This document shows, piece after piece, positions 7,562 to 14,499 of a DNA stretch of 54,294 nt (its first letter is position 1; every line of letters begins with the position of its first letter). The stretch is from a virus (Duplodnaviria; Caudoviricetes): positions 1 through 54,294 of IMG/VR virus record IMGVR_UViG_3300033153_010346. One strand, written 5' to 3'. The translations under genes and the position numbers were made by a program. Under the pieces are notes generated by a model. It saw only the letters and a list, made by a program, of their open reading frames with translations, was not told the DNA's origin and made no database searches.

Positions 7562-7580
7562 TTTACATAAAGGGTAATAT

Positions 7581-7892
7581 ATGACCACAGTAAATAAAAG
7601 GAAATATTGGCGGGAGATAAAGAGAAAGAATCGGGCGCGGAATCGTAAGTTTATTTTTGAATATCTAAGTGATCATCCATGTGTTGATTGCCCAGAAGCT
7701 GACCCAATAGTATTAGAATTTGATCACGTAAGAGGTGAAAAGCTAGATACAATAAGTAACCTAGCAGTAAGATACACAGCAAGTCTGAAAAAGATTAAAG
7801 AAGAGATAGAGAAGTGTGAGGTTCGATGTGCGAATTGTCACAGACGCAGACATGCTAAGTTGTTGAAAGAAAAGAATAGATCGATGGTGTAG
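7581..7892 (+). CDS. HNH endonuclease
   Basis: CVDC...FDHVRG...CEVRCANCHRRRH. Confidence 0.85.
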   Translation: MTTVNKRKYWREIKRKNRARNRKFIFEYLSDHPCVDCPEADPIVLEFDHVRGEKLDTISNLAVRYTASLKKIKEEIEKCEVRCANCHRRRHAKLLKEKNRSMV

Positions 7893-7951
7893 TGACAACA
7901 TCTCTGGCTCCAAACCAGAGGACCAGGGTTTGATTCCTTGTCGGTCTGCCA
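7878..7951 (+). tRNA. tRNA-Trp(CCA)
   Basis: loop CT-CCA-AA, G73, CCA; T-loop TTTGATT. Confidence 0.9.
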
Positions 7952-7955
7952 AATT

Positions 7956-8159
7956 ATGAGCTACATTGGACCTGAAGGTATTAGGAGAAAAAGTGTTACT
8001 CCTTTGAATGTAAAGAGATTAACCTTTTCCAAGTATATGTACAAAGCCGAGTGTGGTAGTTGTTGTACAGTCCACAAGTTTAATCCAAGTGGAATAACCC
8101 CCTCATTTGTGTGTGATATATGCGGGACAAAAAATGTAGCAAACTTTACAATCATGTAA
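7956..8159 (+). CDS. small Zn-ribbon protein
   Basis: CGSC...CDICG. Confidence 0.55.
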   Translation: MSYIGPEGIRRKSVTPLNVKRLTFSKYMYKAECGSCCTVHKFNPSGITPSFVCDICGTKNVANFTIM

Positions 8160-8160
8160 T

Positions 8161-8232
8161 GGGGTGCGTACTGGGGTACAGGAAGCTTTTGCAAGGCATC
8201 CCGGCTGGGTTCGATTCCCAGGCCCTCCACCA
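8161..8232 (+). tRNA. tRNA-Ala(TGC)
   Basis: G3:U70, loop TT-TGC-AA, CCA; compact D arm and some mismatches. Confidence 0.85.
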
Positions 8233-8237
8233 AATAT

Positions 8238-8310
8238 GAGGTGCGGATTGAAGTCCGAGAATCTCTTAACAGGGAACTCTTGCTGGGTTCGACTCCCAGG
8301 CACCTCCCCA
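8238..8310 (+). ncRNA. tRNA-like RNA without assignable anticodon
   Basis: perfect GAGGTGC/GCACCTC acceptor, C73-CCA, canonical T arm; mini D hairpin and irregular anticodon arm. Confidence 0.7.
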
Positions 8311-8314
8311 AATG

Positions 8315-8385
8315 GGCCTATTCGTCTAGTGGAAGGATATCTGACTTTCTATCAGATGGCGAGGGTTCGATTCCCTCATAGGCTA
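8315..8385 (+). tRNA. tRNA-Glu(TTC), no encoded CCA
   Basis: TCTGA-CTTTCTA-TCAGA arm. Confidence 0.9.
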
Positions 8386-8394
8386 CAAAGATTT

Positions 8395-8469
8395 GCCTCC
8401 ATAGCTCAATGGTAGAGCCAGAGTTTTGTAAACTCTAGGTTGTGGGTTCGACTCCTACTGGGGGCTCCA
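8395..8469 (+). tRNA. tRNA-Thr(TGT)
   Basis: AGAGT-TTTGTAA-ACTCT arm, CCA. Confidence 0.9.
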
Positions 8470-8473
8470 AGGA

Positions 8474-8708
8474 GTGGCGGGCGGAAAGACCGTGTAAAGG
8501 GTGAAAATCCCTACCGTCACACAGAATGGAACTGCGTTATGGACCAGAAAGACTGTGCATTGGGTGCAAATCCCTGCTATGACGCGGTTTATAAATGGTA
8601 GGTAGGAAAGACCGTGGACGGAGTTGACGTTTTAACTCGTATAACGGGTTAGTCAGAACTTGGCGATCCCAAGAAGTCTTCTGGAGTGGTGAGAATCCAC
8701 ACCTACCA
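8474..8708 (+). ncRNA. three tandem copies of a structured RNA motif (GAAAGAC hairpin + T-loop hairpin in a closing stem)
   Basis: copies 8474-8520, 8530-8589, 8596-8708 share RGAAAGACYGTG and GG-TGMRAAT-CC; closing stems differ in sequence but all pair. Confidence 0.75.
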
Positions 8709-8718
8709 CCGACAATTA

Positions 8719-8793
8719 GCTAGGATAGTGTTAGCAGTAGCACGTCTGGTTGTGGGCCAGAAAGGCTTGGTGCAAGTCCAGGTCCTAGTACCA
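8719..8793 (+). tRNA. tRNA-His(GTG), A73, no genomic G-1
   Basis: TCTGG-TTGTGGG-CCAGA arm, CCA; T-loop TGCAAGT. Confidence 0.85.
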
Positions 8794-8818
8794 ATAAATG
8801 TAGTAAGGAGAAAACAGA

Positions 8819-9361
8819 ATGAATGTAATGGTGGATTTGGAAACCATGGGAGTAGACGATTCAGCGGCTATTGTTTCAATCGGGGCTGTTGAATTTAACA
8901 AGGATAAGATAGGTTCGGAGTTTTATCGTAACATCACCTTGTACTCTAATCAAAGTCGAGGTAGAACGTACACACCTAGTACAATCGAATGGTGGCTTAA
9001 ACAAGACAAGGCGGCTCAGGAAGGTTTGTTCAATCCTACACCTGTTGATCTCTTAACTGCTTTGAAAGACTTCCAGAAGTATGTAACTGGGGTGTTAAGT
9101 AAGAATGATGGTATGTGGGCAAATGGAGTAACATTTGATCTAATTATCCTAAGCCATGCCTTTAAAGCCATGAATGTGAAAAAACCTTGGCATTTCCGAA
9201 ATGAGTGTTGCGTTAGACCACTACGTAAGATTGGTTACTTGGTTGGCCTGAAATATGAAGATTATTATGGAGAAGGTGTAGCTCACAACGCTTTGGACGA
9301 TGCGAAGCTACAAGCGAAATTTGTTCAAGATTTTATTCGTAAAATGGAGAGCAATAAATAA
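8819..9361 (+). CDS. DEDDh 3'-5' exonuclease (Rv2179c/ExoVIII-like)
   Basis: VMVDLETMG, WANGVTFD, AHNALDDA motifs. Confidence 0.85.
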   Translation: MNVMVDLETMGVDDSAAIVSIGAVEFNKDKIGSEFYRNITLYSNQSRGRTYTPSTIEWWLKQDKAAQEGLFNPTPVDLLTALKDFQKYVTGVLSKNDGMWANGVTFDLIILSHAFKAMNVKKPWHFRNECCVRPLRKIGYLVGLKYEDYYGEGVAHNALDDAKLQAKFVQDFIRKMESNK

Positions 9362-9370
9362 GGAGTTTTT

Positions 9371-9760
9371 ATGAAGACATTGTTAACCCTTCTGGCCGCT
9401 CTGATTCTCATTGGTGGAGTTTTTAGTGAGTCAGTTCAAGCACAATTTTATGACTTGGATGGTCAGCTTAGTTTGACATGGACAGCCCCGAACCCGGCTA
9501 CCAATCCACCTCTGAAAGATTACATTGTGACTTATTACACGTTTGATTATGGCACTAGTGTGTATGATACATCCCAAGTAGCTACTACAAACGTATTTGA
9601 TTCAACAGTTAATCTCGTGAGTCAAGGAAGCTGGTGTTATGCTGAATTGCAATCAAGAGATTATCTGGATAGGGTTTCATCTGTAGTTGTTAGTGATACG
9701 GCTTATTACGACGCAGGTATTGGCATTGACCCCCCGACGGGGCCAACTTGGACACAATAG
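9371..9760 (+). CDS. secreted fibronectin type III-like protein
   Basis: signal peptide (..VQA/Q), LTWTAP...YIVTY. Confidence 0.7.
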   Translation: MKTLLTLLAALILIGGVFSESVQAQFYDLDGQLSLTWTAPNPATNPPLKDYIVTYYTFDYGTSVYDTSQVATTNVFDSTVNLVSQGSWCYAELQSRDYLDRVSSVVVSDTAYYDAGIGIDPPTGPTWTQ

Positions 9761-10008
9761 GCCTTTTCCTACAAGTTGTGCCCAATCCTAACGATGGCGG
9801 ATTTAAGTTATATGTCAATCTCCCTTTCAAAGAGAGTTATCAAATAACTTTCTACAATATAATAGGGGCAGTAAGATTAGAAGAATTTATAAAAGGAAAA
9901 GGTCGTCATGTTATCAACTACAAACTTTCTTGGCCTTCGGGCATTTACCTTGCTTGTGTGCAGAATTCTTATATGCATGTTTGTACTAAGTTCGTTCTCG
10001 TTCAGTGA
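9748..10008 (+). CDS. T9SS type-A C-terminal sorting domain, possibly fused to upstream ORF by -1 frameshift
   Basis: VPNP...ITFYNIIG...PSGIYL...TKFVLVQ pattern; TTG start without RBS. Confidence 0.65.
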   Translation: MDTIGLFLQVVPNPNDGGFKLYVNLPFKESYQITFYNIIGAVRLEEFIKGKGRHVINYKLSWPSGIYLACVQNSYMHVCTKFVLVQ

Positions 10009-10321
10009 GGTAGTTATTGAAGGTGATTATCTAAAATGGATAGCTGTAGGAGATGACGATAATTATGGAACCGCGACGAAGTATGACATAAGGTATTCTA
10101 CAGAGAACCTTGCGAACTGGGAGTTGGGAGATGTACTACTGACCGCCCCAACCCCCTCGCAGTCAGGAATGAGGGACAGTGCTTACATTGATCTTATTCC
10201 TGGTGCTTATTACTTTTGTATCAGGGTTAGAGACGAAGTGTGGAACTGGTCACTATGGTCTAACGTTGTGATGAAAGATTCAAGACAAATTGAACCGCCT
10301 TATTTAGTGGAGTGGGAATAA
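9908..10321 (+). CDS. FN3-like domain protein
   Basis: WIAVGDD...GTATKYDIRYS...YYFCIRVRDEVWNWSLWSNV; start uncertain. Confidence 0.65.
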   Translation: MLSTTNFLGLRAFTLLVCRILICMFVLSSFSFSEVVIEGDYLKWIAVGDDDNYGTATKYDIRYSTENLANWELGDVLLTAPTPSQSGMRDSAYIDLIPGAYYFCIRVRDEVWNWSLWSNVVMKDSRQIEPPYLVEWE

Positions 10322-10566
10322 TGGCTAAGAAAATCAGACAAAGTGTAAATCGTGATATGGCTACTAAAGCTAAGTCTATGATACTTACTATTTGGTGTGG
10401 TTATCTTGAGAAAGAAGTAACTGTTGAAGTTGATACTAATTATAGCGTTTTTGGTGGGATTTCAGTAAGAGGCCATATATGTGAGTGTACCTGTGACTAT
10501 GCTGTAAACTTTGAATTCACATGCGAGTGTGGACACAAACACGAAATAAGACTGTATGAATCCTAG
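10321..10566 (+). CDS. small Cys-rich protein
   Basis: TAATG coupling; CECTC, CECGHKH. Confidence 0.55.
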   Translation: MAKKIRQSVNRDMATKAKSMILTIWCGYLEKEVTVEVDTNYSVFGGISVRGHICECTCDYAVNFEFTCECGHKHEIRLYES

Positions 10567-10639
10567 GCTCTTTAGCTCAATGGTAGAGCGATTGGCTGTT
10601 AACCATTTGACAAAGGTTCGATTCCTTTAGGAGCCTCCA
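10566..10639 (+). tRNA. tRNA-Asn(GTT)
   Basis: loop CT-GTT-AA, CCA; G1-C72, U73. Confidence 0.9.
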
Positions 10640-10644
10640 AATTT

Positions 10645-10721
10645 GCGCCTATAACTCAACTAGGTAGAGTAGCAGGCTTTTAACCTGAAAGTTCAAGGTT
10701 CGATTCCTTGTGGGCGCACCA
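10645..10721 (+). tRNA. tRNA-Lys(TTT)
   Basis: loop CT-TTT-AA, CCA. Confidence 0.93.
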
Positions 10722-10727
10722 AATTAA

Positions 10728-10815
10728 GGGTTGGTAAGCATAGTGGCGAATGCCCCTGACTGTAGATCAGGTACCCAAGCGGTGAACATCGTAGGTTCGA
10801 CTCCTACCCAACCCA
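10728..10815 (+). tRNA. tRNA-Tyr(GTA), no encoded CCA
   Basis: CCTGA-CTGTAGA-TCAGG arm, long variable region. Confidence 0.9.
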
Positions 10816-10831
10816 TTAAATAGGAGAATAT

Positions 10832-11377
10832 ATGGCAGCGGAACGACAATTTGAGCTTGATTCACACCATTTGCTTAGATACAACTTTGCTATGTCACAT
10901 TGTTTTGGTAGTGTGTTAGACATTGCTTGTGGCTATGGGGAAGGTTCTAACATGTTGTCTACATCAACTAAGATAACAAACGTTGTTGGTGTAGATATAG
11001 CACAAGATGTAGTAGATGTTGCAAGTAAACGATATCCTAATATCATTTTTGAATGTGCTAACTTATTAAACTATAAAGGACAATTTGACTCAGTAGTTAG
11101 CTTTGAAACAGTTGAGCATATTAAAGATTTCAAAAAAACAAAGCAACAATTAAAAAGTCTACTTAAACCAAAAGGGTTATTAATTTTTTCAGTGCCCGCT
11201 AACGAATCAGAAGGAACCAACCCGCATCATGTTGTGTGGGATCTAACACAAAATGATTTTGAGGAATTTTCCGAATGTCATTTTTTTCATCAAACCTCAA
11301 ATTTTCTTATAAAAGAAACGTTTGATGAAGTAAGCAGTGTAATTTATAACCTTATTGGAATATATATTAACAAGTAA
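10832..11377 (+). CDS. class I SAM-dependent methyltransferase
   Basis: VLDIACGYGEG, FDSVVSFETVEH, LKPKG. Confidence 0.85.
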   Translation: MAAERQFELDSHHLLRYNFAMSHCFGSVLDIACGYGEGSNMLSTSTKITNVVGVDIAQDVVDVASKRYPNIIFECANLLNYKGQFDSVVSFETVEHIKDFKKTKQQLKSLLKPKGLLIFSVPANESEGTNPHHVVWDLTQNDFEEFSECHFFHQTSNFLIKETFDEVSSVIYNLIGIYINK

Positions 11378-11453
11378 CGTGCAGTAGCTCAGTGAGTAGA
11401 GCACTTGTCTGATACACAAGCGGCCGGTGGTGCAAATCCATCCTGCACGACCA
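11378..11453 (+). tRNA. tRNA-Ile(GAT)
   Basis: loop CT-GAT-AC, CCA; T-loop TGCAAAT. Confidence 0.9.
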
Positions 11454-11458
11454 AATAA

Positions 11459-11534
11459 GCCCCAGTGGTGTTAATGATTAGCATGACAGCCTTCCAAGCT
11501 GACGGTCAGGGTTTGAATCCCTGTTGGGGCTCCA
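11459..11534 (+). tRNA. tRNA-Gly(TCC)
   Basis: loop CT-TCC-AA, U73, CCA; T-loop TTTGAAT. Confidence 0.9.
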
Positions 11535-11625
11535 AAATTATTAGTTAATCCCCTCTGTCTGAGGACTTTGGGCGTCCATCAAGTTGGTGCACTTACTAGG
11601 TGGACACTAAAATTAGAGGTAGGAA

Positions 11626-11823
11626 ATGCCTAAACCAAAACCTGACGAAAAACGGGATGAATTTCTACCTAGATGTATGGATAGTCCTGAAATGAAGAGT
11701 GAGTACCCAACCAACACTAAACAACGGTATGCGGTTTGTGTTGGTATTTGGAAAACCCATTTGAAAAGAAAGCGTAAAAGTGATATCGAGGAAGAGACTA
11801 GAGAGGGCAAATCAAATAGCTGA
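11626..11823 (+). CDS. small phage protein (PKP..E...F..RCM...QR.AVC..W)
   Basis: pattern recalled from phage head-associated proteins; GAGG RBS. Confidence 0.6.
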   Translation: MPKPKPDEKRDEFLPRCMDSPEMKSEYPTNTKQRYAVCVGIWKTHLKRKRKSDIEEETREGKSNS

Positions 11824-12094
11824 ACGTACATACACTCAATACCATTATGGTAACTTTTATCGATACAACCATGACAACCCTAATGTCATTCATGATATTT
11901 TTGGATTCAGGCATGAATTGGTGGATCTTAAATCGTTGGGGATGTATCGTAAAACCAGGGTATATCGTTGGCAGACAAGGAGTAAGGAATGGTACAAGGC
12001 CAATTGGGCTACAGCTTGGGGAACGAAAACACGCCAACAGTTACGTGCAGATGAAAATTTACGGGAACAAATTCGAGAAACTGGTGTTATATAA
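11780..12094 (+). CDS. hypothetical protein
   Basis: ORF in chain, GTG start. Confidence 0.5.
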   Translation: MISRKRLERANQIAERTYTQYHYGNFYRYNHDNPNVIHDIFGFRHELVDLKSLGMYRKTRVYRWQTRSKEWYKANWATAWGTKTRQQLRADENLREQIRETGVI

Positions 12095-12106
12095 GTAGGA
12101 GGATTT

Positions 12107-12430
12107 ATGCATAGGCTCTGGCTGATTGTGCTGATTGTTATGGTTTGCGCCATTATAGCTTTAGCTACACCAGAAAGAGAAGTAGACCTCTCAAAGGCAG
12201 ATATTCATTACCTGCAGATTGAACTAGCAGACAGCACTAAGATCAACCTAGCGACCCTTCTGAGCTTAGAAATGCCGGAAGGTGATACAATTACCCTTAT
12301 GATAGCTGTTGATGAAAACGGTGATTGTGAAGTAGCTGATATTATATCAACGCGAGAAACCAGTGCTGTAGAAGTCTGGTGTGATTTCCTTGATGAATTA
12401 ACACGAATTATAAAAGAATGTAAAAAATAA
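12107..12430 (+). CDS. exported/membrane-anchored hypothetical protein
   Basis: AGGAGG RBS, signal-like N-terminus. Confidence 0.7.
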   Translation: MHRLWLIVLIVMVCAIIALATPEREVDLSKADIHYLQIELADSTKINLATLLSLEMPEGDTITLMIAVDENGDCEVADIISTRETSAVEVWCDFLDELTRIIKECKK

Positions 12431-12506
12431 CGGAGTGTAGGAAAGAGGATATCCACTTGGTTTGGGACCAAGTATAACGCTGGTTCGAATCCAGCCACTC
12501 CGACCA
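12431..12506 (+). tRNA. tRNA-Pro(TGG)
   Basis: C1-G72, loop TT-TGG-GA, CCA. Confidence 0.92.
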
Positions 12507-12606
12507 AATTAGGGGTTGTTATGCTAATTATCAAACTCGAAAAATGGGAAGACGGACAACTTCTTCCTGTGAGTCAACAAGAGATCGATAAGCTTATAGA
12601 AGCTAT

Positions 12607-12682
12607 TGGGCAGTAACTCAAGTGGTAGAGACCGTGCCTTATATGCACGTAGTTACAGGTTCGAGTCCTGTCTGCCCAACCA
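12607..12682 (+). tRNA. tRNA-Ile(TAT)
   Basis: CGTGC-CTTATAT-GCACG arm, A73, CCA. Confidence 0.88.
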
Positions 12683-12693
12683 AATAGGACACA

Positions 12694-12900
12694 ATGAAGA
12701 AACTGAAATTGAAGGTATATAAGGGTACCCTGTTTATCAATGACTGTACTATTATGATGACAGAGGCTAGATATTTCGGATCTCCATTGTGTCTTTTTTT
12801 AGGTGCAATGTTTGCACAGAGTCCATTCTCTAGTGTTCGTGGACCGTTATATTGGAGAGATGCATCAAAACGCTATAACAGACGAGGGTTCTATGTTTGA
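12694..12900 (+). CDS. small hypothetical protein (paralog family)
   Basis: AGGA RBS; RYFGSPLCLFLGAMF resembles RYFGNPVGLFFCMVM of 2810-3112. Confidence 0.55.
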   Translation: MKKLKLKVYKGTLFINDCTIMMTEARYFGSPLCLFLGAMFAQSPFSSVRGPLYWRDASKRYNRRGFYV

Positions 12901-13171
12901 TAAGACTAGATTTATCTTCAACATGCATAAGTTAAATCAGTTGAGTGTAACCAAATTTGCTACAAAACTAGAGGAGCTATTAGAAGGGAAACATTTATAT
13001 CGAACAATAGATGGCAGAATATTAGATTTTCGAGAGGGTATTGAACACGCACCAAAAAAACAAAGGTTTAGCATACGTCAAACAAGACTAGAACCCCTGC
13101 ATACAAAACCAAGCGTAAAACCGAAAGACAGTACTTATAGGCACATAAACCGTAAAAGGAAAAAGAAATGA
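12893..13171 (+). CDS. basic hypothetical protein
   Basis: GAGGG RBS before ATG 12893. Confidence 0.55.
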   Translation: MFDKTRFIFNMHKLNQLSVTKFATKLEELLEGKHLYRTIDGRILDFREGIEHAPKKQRFSIRQTRLEPLHTKPSVKPKDSTYRHINRKRKKK

Positions 13172-13184
13172 CGGACAATCAGTA

Positions 13185-13439
13185 ATGCCTTACATCGAAA
13201 AGAAAAGACGTACAAATCTAATGCCAACAGCCAGTGTAGAAACTGCAGGCGAGTTAAATTACGTGATTACAATGGTTGCTATCCGGTATATCAGGGATCA
13301 TGGTTTAAGCTACCAAACAATCAATGATGTAATGGGGGCGTTTATTTCGGCTAGTCAAGAGTTCTATAGGCGAGTTGCTGTACCCTATGAAGAAAAGAAG
13401 AGAAAGAAGAATGGGGACATCCCTTATCCTAAACCCTAA
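13185..13439 (+). CDS. DUF6899-like phage protein
   Basis: MPYI...GELNY.IT...EFYRRVAVPYE..K...NGD. Confidence 0.7.
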   Translation: MPYIEKKRRTNLMPTASVETAGELNYVITMVAIRYIRDHGLSYQTINDVMGAFISASQEFYRRVAVPYEEKKRKKNGDIPYPKP

Positions 13440-13456
13440 ACAAAGGAGACTGTATA

Positions 13457-13681
13457 GTGTCCAAAGAACGCAACATTAAATCCATGGCGAATCAAGTAAC
13501 CATCCTGTCCGAATTGATGGGTGGGCTAGGTTACAAGTGTGATCACCCTGGTGGGAATACGTTGAAGATGTTCAGACGTATCCTTGGTTGTAACGCATAC
13601 AGCGAGATCTCAAGTGGAAAGCGTGTATCAATGCCGAAGTCTCACTGGATGAAGGTTTCCGTTAACCGAAGCCGTAAATAG
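13457..13681 (+). CDS. hypothetical protein
   Basis: AAGGAG RBS, GTG start, followed by terminator. Confidence 0.6.
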   Translation: MSKERNIKSMANQVTILSELMGGLGYKCDHPGGNTLKMFRRILGCNAYSEISSGKRVSMPKSHWMKVSVNRSRK

Positions 13682-13691
13682 CGGACAAAAG

Positions 13692-13717
13692 AAAGGCCCC
13701 ATAAAGGGGCCTTTTTT
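13692..13717. terminator. bidirectional intrinsic terminator
   Basis: AAAGGCCCC-ATAAA-GGGGCCTTTTTT between convergent operons. Confidence 0.85.
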
Positions 13718-13731
13718 AATGCGGCGAACTC

Positions 13732-14016
13732 CTATACTTTGTGTAATAGGATATCTTCGGCTTGTCGTTGTGTGAGCTTAAATTTTTGTCGAAGTCGTTT
13801 AACTATGGTGTCCACGTCCAATCCTTGATCCAGCATCCTCTCAGCAGCTCTCCAAGGGACATATGCTTGCTGGTCGTGTTGGATGTCATCCCAAGCATCA
13901 GGTGGGATTGCTTTGTTCCGAATTTTTCCGTGTTTCTCTTTTTCAATTAACGCTTTTTTTCTCCCCCTTGGGCTACGCATGACTCCTTCTGGAAGTCGTT
14001 TGTAGGTCTTTCCCAT
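13732..14016 (-). CDS. hypothetical protein
   Basis: last ORF of minus operon, AGGAG RBS. Confidence 0.65.
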   Translation of the reverse strand: MGKTYKRLPEGVMRSPRGRKKALIEKEKHGKIRNKAIPPDAWDDIQHDQQAYVPWRAAERMLDQGLDVDTIVKRLRQKFKLTQRQAEDILLHKV

Positions 14017-14499
14017 TTACAAAACTCCTTCTATACTCATGAAAGCCATAGCTATCGCATCAGCCTCATGATCGTTTCTTGGTAAAATCCCTCTGTTTTC
14101 ACATGCCTTTATCATATCTGTCTTTGTAGCTGCCCCGTTATGGGCAAAGAACTTTTTAATAGCTGTTGGTGAAGGTAAAAACATCTTGTTAACTGGTAAT
14201 TTCAGATGGTATAAAGCAGTTAGATACACCCCCTTCAATTCTCCTAGTTTTCTTCCATGTCCAAGCATGATACCGGCTGGTTCTTCCATAACAACTGTGC
14301 CGGTTATTGAGTTATTTGTGAAATACCCTGTAAAATGATCGTAATATGCCCCGTAGCGAGTGCAAGGGTGGGCTTTTACATAACGCTTTAGTTGCTTTTG
14401 CCACTCGTAACCAAATTGTGTTTTGTGTAAGAGTTTGCCGCCGTCATCCAAAGTCACTAGGGCGGTAACTCTAAGTCCTAAATCTATTCCTGTGTGCAT
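14017..14499 (-). CDS. RuvC-like Holliday junction resolvase
   Basis: GIDLG, VVMEE, IKK..A.K.DM, DHEADAIAMA. Confidence 0.8.
   Translation of the reverse strand: MHTGIDLGLRVTALVTLDDGGKLLHKTQFGYEWQKQLKRYVKAHPCTRYGAYYDHFTGYFTNNSITGTVVMEEPAGIMLGHGRKLGELKGVYLTALYHLKLPVNKMFLPSPTAIKKFFAHNGAATKTDMIKACENRGILPRNDHEADAIAMAFMSIEGVL

Noticed and set aside
5427-8892. ORF-track entries overlapping RNA genes (5427-5750, 7199-7420, 7761-7952, 7961-8311, 8103-8303, 8164-8415, 8686-8892, 5' part of 5928)
   Set aside because: Shadow ORFs of tRNA/ncRNA genes without RBS or protein-like features
11540-11625. Possible hammerhead ribozyme (CTGAGGA ... GAAA)
   Set aside because: No stem II/III pairing connects the two core segments; only short generic helices
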